From: a virus
Lineage: Duplodnaviria; Caudoviricetes
IMG/VR virus record: IMGVR_UViG_3300028888_000055
Reading direction: 5' to 3' (one strand)
Length of the DNA stretch: 64,000 nucleotides
The position numbers were made by a program, and so were the translations under genes. A model generated the notes under the pieces. That model did no database searches. It was not told the origin of the DNA and worked only from the letters and a program-made list of their open reading frames with translations. Below, piece after piece: positions 48,301-61,300 of this stretch (its first letter is position 1; each line of letters starts with the position of its first letter).

Positions 48301-51300
48301 TACAATAGAGAGCAAGAGAGCTTATTAAATATGCCAATCCATTTAGCGAATTACGCAGATTCGTTTTATAGGGAGCTGGAAAAATTTCACAACATTCTCA
48401 CGTAAACGATCCTGCAGTAACTGCTGCTTTTGAATAGGGTAATCCAAATATAGATATCCAAAGAGGGGCTGGTAATAATCCATATTATGACCAAGCTATC
48501 AAGATTATGGATACCTTTATATAGAATCTTTAGTATCTTATAGGTGATGGTGGCAGAGTAGACGAAGAAGTTGCAAATTCTATACGTGATATAAAGAATG
48601 AATTAATAAAAATTGAAGGTAATTTGTTGTTGCAAGACGTCATCATGGGAGATGATTTTATTCAGAATTCAGATGCAAGTTTTGCATTATTCGATAAGTT
48701 CTTTACTGGTTTAACTTTAGATAATTTAAACGATAGATACCAGGATTTACGTTAGCATTACAATGAAATATTAGCAGAAGCTTAGCAAGATGACCCAGCT
48801 TCGGTTGCTGCTGTACAAGCTTTATTACAAGAATTTGATGATAGAATTAGTCGTTTTACACAAGCTAATGCTGACTTAATTTAGAAAAATACTACTATAA
48901 ATGGTCTATTGGCACAACAAATAGATAATCCTATCTTTAAAGTTTTAAATGAATTAGCTATTACTACTACTGGAAATCCAAGAAGTGTTATAGCATTATT
49001 AAGGGAAATTGAGTAGCAGTTCATCTTAAAAACAAAAGATGGTGATATTAGTAAATTCCTTCTTGATGGTACTATTACAAGAGATGATATAAAAAATGCC
49101 GAAACTTTAATTACTCAAGTTTAGGCGATGATTAGAGCTGCGCAGGTTGATAAATTATATAAAGAAAATCCTTTTAGTTTCAATTCATCTATGAATGCAA
49201 TAGGTGGAGACGAGAAATTAGGAGAAATTGACCATATTACAGCTTCTTTACTTATCAGTGACCTTGAAGCCTTTAAACGTAAATTAAACTTTGTTAAGAG
49301 CTTACATGATATTAATGATAAGGCTTCTTTAAAAGAACATACTGAAGTAGGAGTTAATTTAAATTACCTTGCTTATGATTTAATAGGTAATCCTGACAGT
49401 GAATTATATAAAACTATTTCTGTAAATGGAGCGGGCGAGAGAGTAATTAAGGATAAAGTTGTTAATGGTCAAGCTATTCTAGAAAAAGGATCTGAGTTAG
49501 ATAAGGCTATAACAGCTGCTGAAACTTTAAAAAAATATACAGAAGATCCTAAAAGACCTACTAATATTCCATTAGAAGATCAAATAGCTATAGCAAAAGA
49601 AAAACTCAACATTGAAAATGCATTATACGATAGAGTTTAGGAACTTATTAATTCTGGTAATACTGCAGAAGAACGAGAGCAGATTAAAGAAGAATTAATA
49701 TCAGTATTATTCTCTAAATATATTTCTAACGCTGAAAATATTGGTATAAATAACTAGCCAATTAAAAAGGATTCTACTACAATGGGCGACAGTGTAGAAT
49801 TATCCTATTTAACTTCTATTATAGCATATAAGTCTGGCGATTTCTTATACAAATACCATGCTCTTCTAGAGAAAAAGAATTCAAATTTAGCACCACTTCC
49901 CGCACAAACTTTGAGTGTCCAAATCTGTTATGCAATGACACAGAATAAGGACTTATTTAATTCTGTATTAAAAGCATTAAATGTAGAAGATTATGGCAGA
50001 ACTCCTATGGATAGTTTTATAATGGTAGCAGGTATTCCTGGCGCAGGTAAAACTTCAGCGGTATCTAAAATGGTATACGATATGGCTAAAGCAGATAATC
50101 CTAAAGTCAGAACTATGACTGTTGGACCTACTAATACTCAAGTGCAAAACTTAGTTAAAGCTTTAAATCCTTCTACTAAACGCAATAATCCATTTACAAA
50201 GGATGAACTGCTAGAATTCTTAGGAACAAACGAAGAAGCCATAAATGCTTCTGATGCTATGGAATTCACAGACTTTGATGACGGTAGAATCTATTATCGC
50301 CTTAAATAGGAGATTATAGATGGCCTAGATACAAGTGTTAAGCCAGATATAATCTTTATCGACGAGTCTACCATCTTTACAAATGCTGAATTACAATTGA
50401 TTAAAGGCTATGCTAACAGAGTAGGAGCAGTTGTAATAATAACAGGTGACTTACAACAGAGTGCTAGAAGAATGTTCTGGAATCATAATAATAACAACGA
50501 TGAAACTAGAACATTGTATAATTCAATTACTACTTGTGTTCCTTTCTGTGCTCCTCCGCTTAGTGTATCTATGAGAGCTTCTAATTCAAATAAAAGAGAT
50601 AATACCAATGCTACTAGCGAGTTAGCATAGAATTTTACAATGCAAAGTATAAGAGATCGCAATTTTTCTGGTACTACAGAAGTATTAGATTATATTAGAG
50701 ATCTTTTATCTAAGGCTAAAATTAAAGGTTCAATAGATCCTACAGGAGCAATAAAAGGTGACTTGCTTTATGATAAACCTGATTTAACTACCCCAGAAGG
50801 TAGAAGTGCATTCAAAAAGCAAGTATAGCAAATGATTGATACTTTGGCTGAAGGGGAAAAGATAGGCTGCATTTATGAAGATGAGTCTTCTGAAATCTAT
50901 AAGTTCTTAACTGAAAACTTCAGTGCCGATAAAATCGAAATGATTAATAAACTTGAGTTTTATTCTGAAGCTAAAGCTCAAGGTAGCGAACATCAATATT
51001 TTATAATTGATGTAAACTGGGATGGAAAGTATTAGAATTTACTAAGTAATACCAACTTAACCCCTGAAATAATAAATGATATATTATCATTTATACAATC
51101 ATTACATACAACTATTTCTCGTTCTAAATAGGGATCTGTCATTATAGATAATGGCTTAACTAACTTATTAGGATTGGATGTATTCACAACCATAGATTAT
51201 AACCAAGTAAATGAAGTTAGACCTTCTGAGGAAATGCTAGAGTTATATAGAAATGAACAAACTGCTATATTTGAAGCTGTATTAAGTGGCTATACTCCAA

Positions 51301-54300
51301 CTGATCCTACAGCAGTAGCGGCTGCTACAGAAGGTGCAACAGAAGGAGAAGGAGAAGAAGGCGGTGAAGAAGGCGAAGGTGAAGGTGAAGAAGGTGAAGG
51401 CGAAGAAAACGATGACAATGATGATGGTGGTGAAGAAGACGACGGTGAAGGGGAACAAGATGTAGATTTAGTTCCTATCAGTGAAATGAAGGTACCATTT
51501 AAGAATAAAGTAGTAGTAGTATTAAAGTTAAAGAAAGACCAAATTGACTATGTACTAGAAAATGGATACCTTATTAAATCTGATCCAGTTGTTGTAACTA
51601 ATAAAACTACCTTAAAAACCGCTGTATAGAATATTAGAAATGATTTGATTGCAGGAGTAGCTGTTATACCCGCTGGAACAGAATTAGCTACAAAGATTTA
51701 GAACGGTGAGAATGATATAAGTATTCCTGCTGAATATATATATCCTAAATTTACTAAAGACGTAGTAAAGAAATCTAAAGGCAAATCTAAAACTCCTAGT
51801 ACAAAAAATAAAAATACTAAATTTGATGTAGGGGATATTATTACGATTAAACAATAGAAAGGTAAAAAAGCTTCTACTATTTAGTATAAAATATAGGATA
51901 TATCATCTAAGAAAATATTTAGTAAGAAAACAAAACGTTGGTCTACTAAACAAGTATATAAGTTACAACAAGTAGGTAAACCTGCTAATGTAAAAGAATG
52001 GACTGCGGATTTTGTAGATAGTAATTATAAGAAAGTAAAAAGTGCAACTGCTTCTAAAACTACTAAAAAGCAAGTATCTACTTTAGAGAAGATAATGGCG
52101 AGAGAAATTAAACCTGCAACTACAGGAGATACTGCTCCAGTATCTGATACTGAGTTATAGAATATTCTTAATTATGCTGATAACTAGGTAATGGGAGTTA
52201 AGTTATATTCTGGTTTATGTTTCAGAAGCGGTATAGGATTTAATGTTAATCCTAATACTGATACCTTTACTTTGACTTAGCTTGGCCCATTAGGAAGAGA
52301 TGAAGAAAATCTTTCTGATTTAAGTGGTCTTATATTGCCTTTCTTAAGCATAGTGGATACTAGTGGTAACCCATTACAGTATGACCATACTACAATGTCT
52401 GCTGTAACATCAGGAAATGATTTAGTAATATTATAGAAGGGTACGAGCAATGTTATTGGTAAAGTAAATAATCCAACTTTGCCTGTTAAATTGTTAAGTG
52501 AACTTGAAGTTACTCAAGCAAATCTCAGGTCATTATTAATGTTTAATAATGGAGATTTAAAAGAATTGCATAAAGATATCTATGGAGAGGTCTATAATCT
52601 ATATGCTAATAATTCAGCATTACTACAAACTACTAAAGATTTAACTAAGATACCTTTATTACAGAGGTTATTTTAGTTATCTAAAAATGCAGGTCCAGGA
52701 TAGTTTACTTTCAAATTAAAAATATTTAATAAAGATAACTTTGAGCCAGCCGTTGACAAAGTATTAAGAATGGGCAACTCTGCAGTTCCTAATTCTAAAT
52801 TATTAGTATATTCTATAGAAGGATGTATGGAAATAACTATGGGCGTATTTCCAAATCCTACAACTGTAGAGGCTTATGTATCTAACTTAGAAAAGATATA
52901 TAGGTCAATGAAAACAGAAGATAAAAATAAAGCACGCTTAAGTAAAGCAATAGCTTAGTTAAGGAATACTTTAACTGTAGTTTATTCTATAAATTCCAAA
53001 TCCAATAGTTTACAACAAACTACATACTGGGATTTAGGAGAATTTAACTTGGCCGAACATCGTGTAACTAATACAAAGAGAAGCCCAATTTAGTTTGCTT
53101 TAGGAAATGGAGAAACTCAAATGGATTTTGCTCAATTTAAGGAAGATCCAGATATTATTTGCTCTGATCCTTTCCTATTTACAGACGCTTATAAAAATGC
53201 TGGTTTAGTTGATCCTTCAACTGCAGGTAAAGCTGTTGTATTCTATACTACAGATTTAAATCTTTACTATGGTTTTGAGAACGGTAAATTAACAGTTGCA
53301 AATAGTAAAAAGAATGATTCATTTAAGAAGATAACTAAATCTAATAGTAATGAATTATACTCTTTATGGGCTACTGTTAGAGAATAGGCTGTTGCTTCAG
53401 GTAATATGGATGATTTAAATGCTTTAGGAGACAAAATTACAATGGTTGTTTTATCTCCAAAAGGCGTATCCTTAGAAGAATTCGTAACTCAAGCTATTAA
53501 ATTAAAAGAATCTATGAGAAATGGTGTAAAATATATTACTCCTGCGGGAAATATAAACACCTATACTAGAATTATAGAATTCTTAATTAATACTAATATA
53601 GAAGTAAAGAAATTCTTAGCCAAAATAAATAAGGATGGTGGGAAATCTTCTTATTCTTATGGCACATTATTTAGTGTTAATGGAACAAATGCAACTATTA
53701 ATTTCAACACTGTAGACGAAGTTAAATAGTTCCACGACGACTTAACATAGATGCTTTCTGGTATATTTACAACCATAGATTCTAATATTAATCTAGCTGA
53801 TTATGGTATTGGTAAATCTACATCTACTAAGAAATTAGAGAGTGCTTTAGGAAAACTATTAGTTGAAGTTATCGGAGACCAAGACTTAATAAAGGAATTT
53901 ATTGATAGTGGTAGAGTTGGGTATTCAGCTAAAGGTACTGGAAATACCATAAAAACAACTTTTAGTGGATCACATTGGTATGAAGTATTCTCTTCTATAG
54001 TTAGCTACTTTACAAATAATGTAAATGTTGATGATACTGAAATTGCTGAAAATAGAAAAGATTTCTTAAGTAAGTTAGAAGCTTTACGACAAGTGGACGC
54101 CATTGATAAAGAAAATCCATTAAAATTTGGAATCTTCTATAATCCAAGGTTTAAACCAAATCCTAATTTTAACCCTTCTAAAAAGGAAATGGCTTATCCA
54201 GCAATAGATCTCGAAGACCATTTCTATGTTTCAGTTGTACCTCAAACTCCTGACTTTGTATTACCCTTAGCAACACTAAGTAAAGTAAGTAGTACTTCAA

Positions 54301-55367
54301 GTTCGGATAATGTAGGCGCTACTGCTGCTCCAACTTCGGTAGCAAAAGCAGTGGCGGCTGCTCCTGCTGCACCTGCTTCAACTTCGGAAGCTGAAAAAAA
54401 ACTTGAAATATTTACTAGAGCTATTGATAAATACAAACCATTTTTAATTGATGTTTTAACTAACCCCACACAGAGAAATACTCCTCTTGATCCTACTTTA
54501 ATTCCACTTCTAGAACAAACCATAAATGATGTTATAGATTCAAAAAAAGAGCATTATATATAGATTTTAAAGACATCTACAGAGCATATTACATAGGATT
54601 TAAATACAAAAGGAGATAATTCTATATATGCAATAGAAGGAAAAATAACAGAAAAACTTCATGAATCACTAATATCATAGCTACTTATAGATATTATTAC
54701 AGAAGCCAATAATAGAATTCCAGACTTAAATATTTCTACTGTTGTGGTGGGTAATTAGGATGACGGCATTAGTACTCTTGAAAACGAGTTACATTCTAGA
54801 AAAAATTATAAAAATACTGATTTCAATAATCCATTAGCTGAAACATAGTTAGTTAAGGATGGTAAAGATTATTTCTTATATTATAAAGAAGACGGAATAG
54901 CTTACAGAGTTAAAATAACTATGTAGGACGGCTATGTACGAGATGTCAGAAGAAAAGTTATAAGTGCATCAGAATTTCCAGGGGCAGCTCCAACCGTAGA
55001 GCCAGAACAAAAATCTGATTCTTTAGAATTAATTCCTAAAATAATAGATAGCATTAATTCTGTTGAACCTCAAAGAGAAGGAGGAATACCAGAAGAAATG
55101 TTAAATATATTTAATGGAATTAAACAAAGTCTAGTAGAAGCTGTTACAGATTCAATCACTAGTGATCCTGAAGTCTTAAATGCAGCCGTATAGAAGTGGC
55201 AACTTGGTATGAGTATGTTAGAAAATCTAAAGAATATGTATTAGATAACTTCTAATTTAGAGGCTGTTATAGCTGAGCATATGAAAGAATTAAATTCGCA
55301 ACAAACTTCAGAAGACATTTGCGTAGATGCTCAAAACTTAGTAATTTTGTTGAATAAAATAATTTAA
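45396..55367 (+). CDS. Giant virion cargo protein containing an SF1 helicase-like P-loop domain (3323 aa)
   Basis: 17 track ORFs from 45717 to 53751 share this frame; the larger gaps were translated by hand and contain only TAG. AEGVEEVSEE motif; GIPGAGKTS, IFIDES, GDLQQ, AQGSE, TTISRS. Confidence 0.82.
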
Positions 55368-55380
55368 AATTAATATTCAA

Positions 55381-58300
55381 ATGAACGGACAATGTAGTTT
55401 AAATGATTCAAATATATATGCACTCTTAAATAAGTTATTAGTCCCAGGTAGAAACCTAGACAATACCTATAAAGAAATAGGTAAGACTTTAGTAGAAGCA
55501 GGATATGACTTATCTGAAGATAACAGAGAACATTTGGCAGAAGCAATGCTTACTTGGAGGAATAGTAATCTTCCAATAGCATTGTTTTCTCCTGGTTCTG
55601 AAAATCAAATATATCTAAGTGCATTAGCTGCTGATAGTAAAGAGTTGTAGTATGCTTTAACTTCTATTATTCATTGGAATGGAGATACTAAACCAGAAGA
55701 TACTAAATAGATGGATATAGTTGATTAGGATAATAACGACAATGACACTGTTGATATTACTACTCGTATTAAGGAAAATCAATTAGACGATATTTACTAG
55801 CAGGCAGCAGAAGCTAAAACTTTAATGTAGCAATCTTTTAAAAGAAATATTGTTAGTTCCTTATTAGTAAATTTTAAAATAGGCCAAATTCCAACAACTG
55901 CTGAACAAGTTAACAACAACATTGCTTCTTATAAAGAAGAATTGGTTAATACTATTGTTGATTATGCTAATACTTATGCAGAAAGGAATCTTGCTGTTTA
56001 GATGTATAACGAAGATGGTACTTTAAATATTAGCGGATATAGAACAGTTGAAGAATTAGCAAAGCATCTTTTTGAAAATACTACAGATATCGAACTTATC
56101 GATGCTTTTAAAATGCGAAATGATTCTCCAAAGTCTAGAGCATTTCTCGACGCTTTTAACGCTTGGATAATTCTAAATAACTTTGATATGCTATTGAAAG
56201 CAGAATTAAAGGATTCTGTCAACATTAAGAAAAGTCTTTTAGATGCTCAAGTAGATAAAGATGTTGTAAAATATTAGCTTGTAGATGAATCTGAATTAGT
56301 AAAAACTTGGAGAAATTCAGAGGATGTAAATGCTTTAAAAGAACTTGGTAATATAACTACATTGCTTATTTCTTCTACTCCCATGTATGATTACAATAAG
56401 GGTAAACCTTATTTACAACCTGGGAAGTATATAGACCCAAATGTCTTTTTCTTTGCATTTGCTGATATATTAAGAATACCAGCTATTAAGAGGATTTCTG
56501 AAAACAAACGCTATAATTCTTTGGAAATTATTCCTCAAATTATAGATGCTGTTTTAGCTACACCTTCTTTGGGACCTAATACTAATCTGATACACAGTAT
56601 AATGTATTCTGTTCAGTAGCACTTCTTTAGAACTTCTGGTAGAGGAGCCGACCAGGACTATTCTCTAGCAGAAATTATACTTAAGGATCAGAATTCGGAA
56701 GGTTATTCTGTAAATAAAAATTATTTGAATTATGTTGCATCTGCTATAGATAAAACCATACGAAATCTATACTTAACCTATAATTCAAATAGAGAAACTG
56801 GAGTAATTGAAACTAGAGTTTCTACGGATGTATCAGCTTCTAATAGCGAATTTGATATTAGAAATTCTATTGAGAGCCCAAATAAGATGCTCCTTCCTTC
56901 TTAGAGAGACCAGTTAATAAATACATATGTTCTTAACAATAAAGAATACTATGATACTTTATCTGAAGAAGAGCAAGAAAAAATTGGATATGACCCACAA
57001 TTGAGTTCATATCCAAGTTTATGGTCTATATCTACCGCTATTACTATGGGAGGGGCTCCTGCTAAATTAATAATACGCGTATTTAATGATATTACTTCTG
57101 ATAGTGGTCAAAATAATAAATCAATTCATTCTATAAGTATAGAAGATGAAAATGGAAACGTATCTACTATATTTAATAATAAAGATGGTTTTCTTCCAGA
57201 GACTCCAGAGGCAATACTACAAAATGTAGAATCTGTCATAATGGATATGATAGATGATACATTAAAGCAGAACTTCAAGACTAATCCTGAGTTCTTTAAT
57301 GCTTACATGTAGAATCTTCCTAATAAGGAAAATGGGCAACAGTAGTCGCATTTAGAGGGCTTATTATACTTAATTCCAATGGCTAATAGAGTATTAATTA
57401 AACATACTTTAGAAGCCAAGAATTTAGCAGAAAATACTTCATTATTAGACAAAGTATATAGAATCGATCCTATCTATAAATTTTAGAATGGAAAACAGAA
57501 ACCCTATTTATCCCTTTAGAAACGATTAAAAGTAATAATGGATACAAAGGGTGATAAGACTGTTGTAAAATTCTTAGGAAATGCTAAGATGGTAATTACG
57601 GGAGAAATTGCAAAGTCTACATCTAAGAATATTGAAGGTAATACTGTTTCTAACAATGGTTTAACTAACCTTATGAGTACTGTCGCTTTAGTATTTGAAG
57701 ACTCTAGAAAGAGATTAGCTACAGAGCAAGACGACAGTATGGAAGATCCTCACTACCGTAATTCTTGTTTACGAAATTGTGTTTTTGTATTACATCCTGA
57801 ATTTTTGCATGGAGTAGTGCAGAAACAAGGAGCTAAAAGTAAAGACGGATTATCTAGTAAATTAGATAAGAAATTTAATGTTGCAGAATCCCTAGAAAGC
57901 GCAATAAAATTTGATTTCTTAATTAACTATGGTTTAGATCCATCTAACTCTTAGCAAGGTATAATCAGAATTCAGCCTACGGATTATTCTGATAAGACTA
58001 CTGATTATCTTCTTGAATTAAATGGAAACATTCCAATTGCAAATAATAAAAGTTTAGTTGGAATGTCTTGTGCCGAAGTAGAAGAATTGCACAGGGTTCA
58101 AATGGATAGTATGTATAGTACTATGCGTAACAACATAGGAAAAGACTACCATGATACATTATTTACTTTTGTATTAGCTAATGCTGATATATTGGGGTTA
58201 AATCCATAGTATTTAATGCAATTGGATCAACGAGGCGACTATTCTACATATTATACTTTTTATACATAGGTAGTATTTAAAGCTATTAATGATAATATTA

Positions 58301-61300
58301 ACAATTTACAAGTAGACGGCAAAACTTATACTGACCCAAGGAAGTTATATAGAGATTTAGCCAGAATAAATAATACTACAGTAATTACTAATGTACATTT
58401 TGATGATAAGGCTAAAGTCTTAACTACTAATAATATTATTGATTATTATTTCCGTGTATTTGGGAATAAGGGAATATATGATTATGTTCTTAAGAGAAAT
58501 CAATTGCGCTTTATCAAGGACGTTTCTTCTTATGTTAATTTTAGATGGTCTACTCAAAAAGGCATTGACCCTATCTTGGAAAATGCTGTAAAGAGACTAG
58601 TAAGTAATGGTACTATCGGCGATGAAGAAATGTTCATACGTAATTGGGTAGACCACAGGACTGGCGATCTCGTATTAGCTAAACTAAATACAGACGAAGG
58701 GTCTATATCTTTGACTAAAACCGACTTAAAGAAATTAAAACTTTCTGATCTAATTTATGGCGATAATTTTGGATTTGAATTAAATCCAATTCTTAGAGCT
58801 TTTTTTGCTATTGATACAATGGTATCACAGCAGTTTATTAGTTCTACTGTTGGAGGTAACTTCGTACATAAAAATAACTTTGGAAAAAATCCTGACGTCA
58901 ATCCTTTATGGGAAAATGTAAAATTATTCGAGGAAGGTACTGAAGAATTTAATATTGCTTTAAATGAGTACTTAGATGCGGTAGAAGTAGAAGATGCGGG
59001 TAGACTGTTAACTCAGTATAAACGTATGGTTATTTATCCTGCAACTATGCACCCATTATACCAAATGGCATTAGAAGGCGTTCCCACATATTATAATATA
59101 GCAAGTATAGATGATGTTCAAGCTAATACTTGGGATTATATTAGTGGAGATTATGATAGTGACGGGAAACAAAAGACTATAGATGCTCATGACGGTTCTG
59201 GTATGGTAGATCCTGGATTTGCTATCCTTGAGAATGGATCATTACAAGGTGCTCACGTAGGTATTGATAAAAAACCTATTGGACACAGTATGGATGATTC
59301 ATATATGGTTGAAACGGAGCTAAAATACGCCTTATTCGCGATTACTAATTGGAAGGTTAGGAATTCTAGTAATAGAGTAGGGGAACATTATGGTATTAAT
59401 TATGACCTTATTCGTAGAAAGATGGGTAGCTCTGAATATGGACGAGGATGGCCCGCTGATTTGGATATAGACATTACCACTAAATTTAATGGCGAGAAAA
59501 TTGATTTGGATGACTTACAATCTACATACTTCTATGATCCTAAGCTTGACAGTTATTTCCAAATTGTAGGAATACAAAAATTACCTGATGTTAAGAATGG
59601 TTATATATTTACATACTAGCAAGTAGATGAATTTGCAAAACCTATAGGAAAGCCAATAGAAGCAGCATAGCCACTTATAATTGATAGCAATTATTCATTG
59701 TGGAAAGCTTTAGGTGGCGAATGGTCTTGCTCGATTTATGATGGTAAACTCGTAGAAGATGAATCATCTAACTATAATTGGGCTTACTTTGCAAACAATA
59801 TAGGATTTATAAGAACAAAACAAAATCCTATAGCTATGCATGAGATAGATTATACTGAAAATGATTTACTTGATGAAAGTGATATTACTACCGATGATAA
59901 TGGTAAAAAATCCTTCCCAGTAGTTTTAACTTAGAAGGATATATATCAACCTCTTAAATATTCAGGAATACAATATGCAGTAAATGTATCTGGTATTAAG
60001 AATGGTCAAGTGAACACAAATCCAGTACAATCTCATTATGACCAGAATCCTTTAAGGAGTTTCCGTATTTTGACTAAACATCTTGGAGTCCAAATGAATG
60101 CCGATCACCATGCTGATGATGCAGAACTTACTGAGATGTCTCAGGTAATTTCTGCTTTGGAAGCTAACGGTTGGGCCCATGATCTAGTTAAATAGATTTA
60201 CGAAGACCTGGGAAGTATAGTATTGTAGACCTTAGAACAAGAAATTAAAGCTCTGAAAGTTTTCTTAAAGACAGGTGACAATACAGAAATATATCGAATT
60301 GTAGGTAAATCCTTTATAAAATCCTTTGGTAAGGATGGAGGGCAAGATACTCTTACTGCTAGTATGATGAATAATATCATCAAGGAATTAAACGGAGAAG
60401 ACAATATAGAAAATATTGAATAGAAATTGCCTTTCAGTGACACTTCTGTATTATCCTCTGTAGTTGGTAGTATTACTTCTAACATCAATAAGACAGCTAT
60501 TAAAAGAAAATATTCTGGTTTGGCTGCCGTCCTTGTACCTGCATATGATATTATCAAAGTTTATAAACAAAGACTAGAGGATGGTTCAACGAAAGATGCT
60601 CTTAATGGTGACATCCTAAAAGCCGATACTGATCTAGAAGCTCAAACAGACACAGGCGATTTAATGTCAGCTAAGAACCTAGAATTAGGATTATCTTATA
60701 TAGTATATGAAAATCTTGCACTAGACCCACAGCCATTAAAGAAAGTCACAATTGACGGTAAAGAGTACTATGTAGGGCATGATGAAAATAGTATATTAGT
60801 TTTATTTGATAAATATGGCGCAGTTCAAAACATTCATATGCCTTATTGGGTGCAAGAACAATATGCTGCTGGACAATTACCTAATTTAACTGTTACATTG
60901 GATACAATTAACGACTATAAGAAGTTTAAGCGTTCCCAATTATAGTTTAAAGAGGATTATGCAGCAGGTAGAAATCTATAGCCATCTAAAACTAGTTTCT
61001 AGGTTAGAGAAGAAGAAGGCACTATATACAATATATTTGACGTTGATGAAATCGAACAAAAAATAAAATTTAGAGAATTTTATGATGCATTTAAAAAGAT
61101 TCCTGTAATGAATTACAAGAATTTCTTTAATAAAAATGATGCTTTGTTCGATATAATCAATAGAAATCCAAATCCTAGAATAGTATCTATATACACTAAA
61201 ATTAGAAATTTAACATCTAAAGACGTATTAACTACTAATGATGATGTAATGATTTAGAAGTATATGGATATATTAGAAGTGGAGTTTGCTAATTAGGTAG

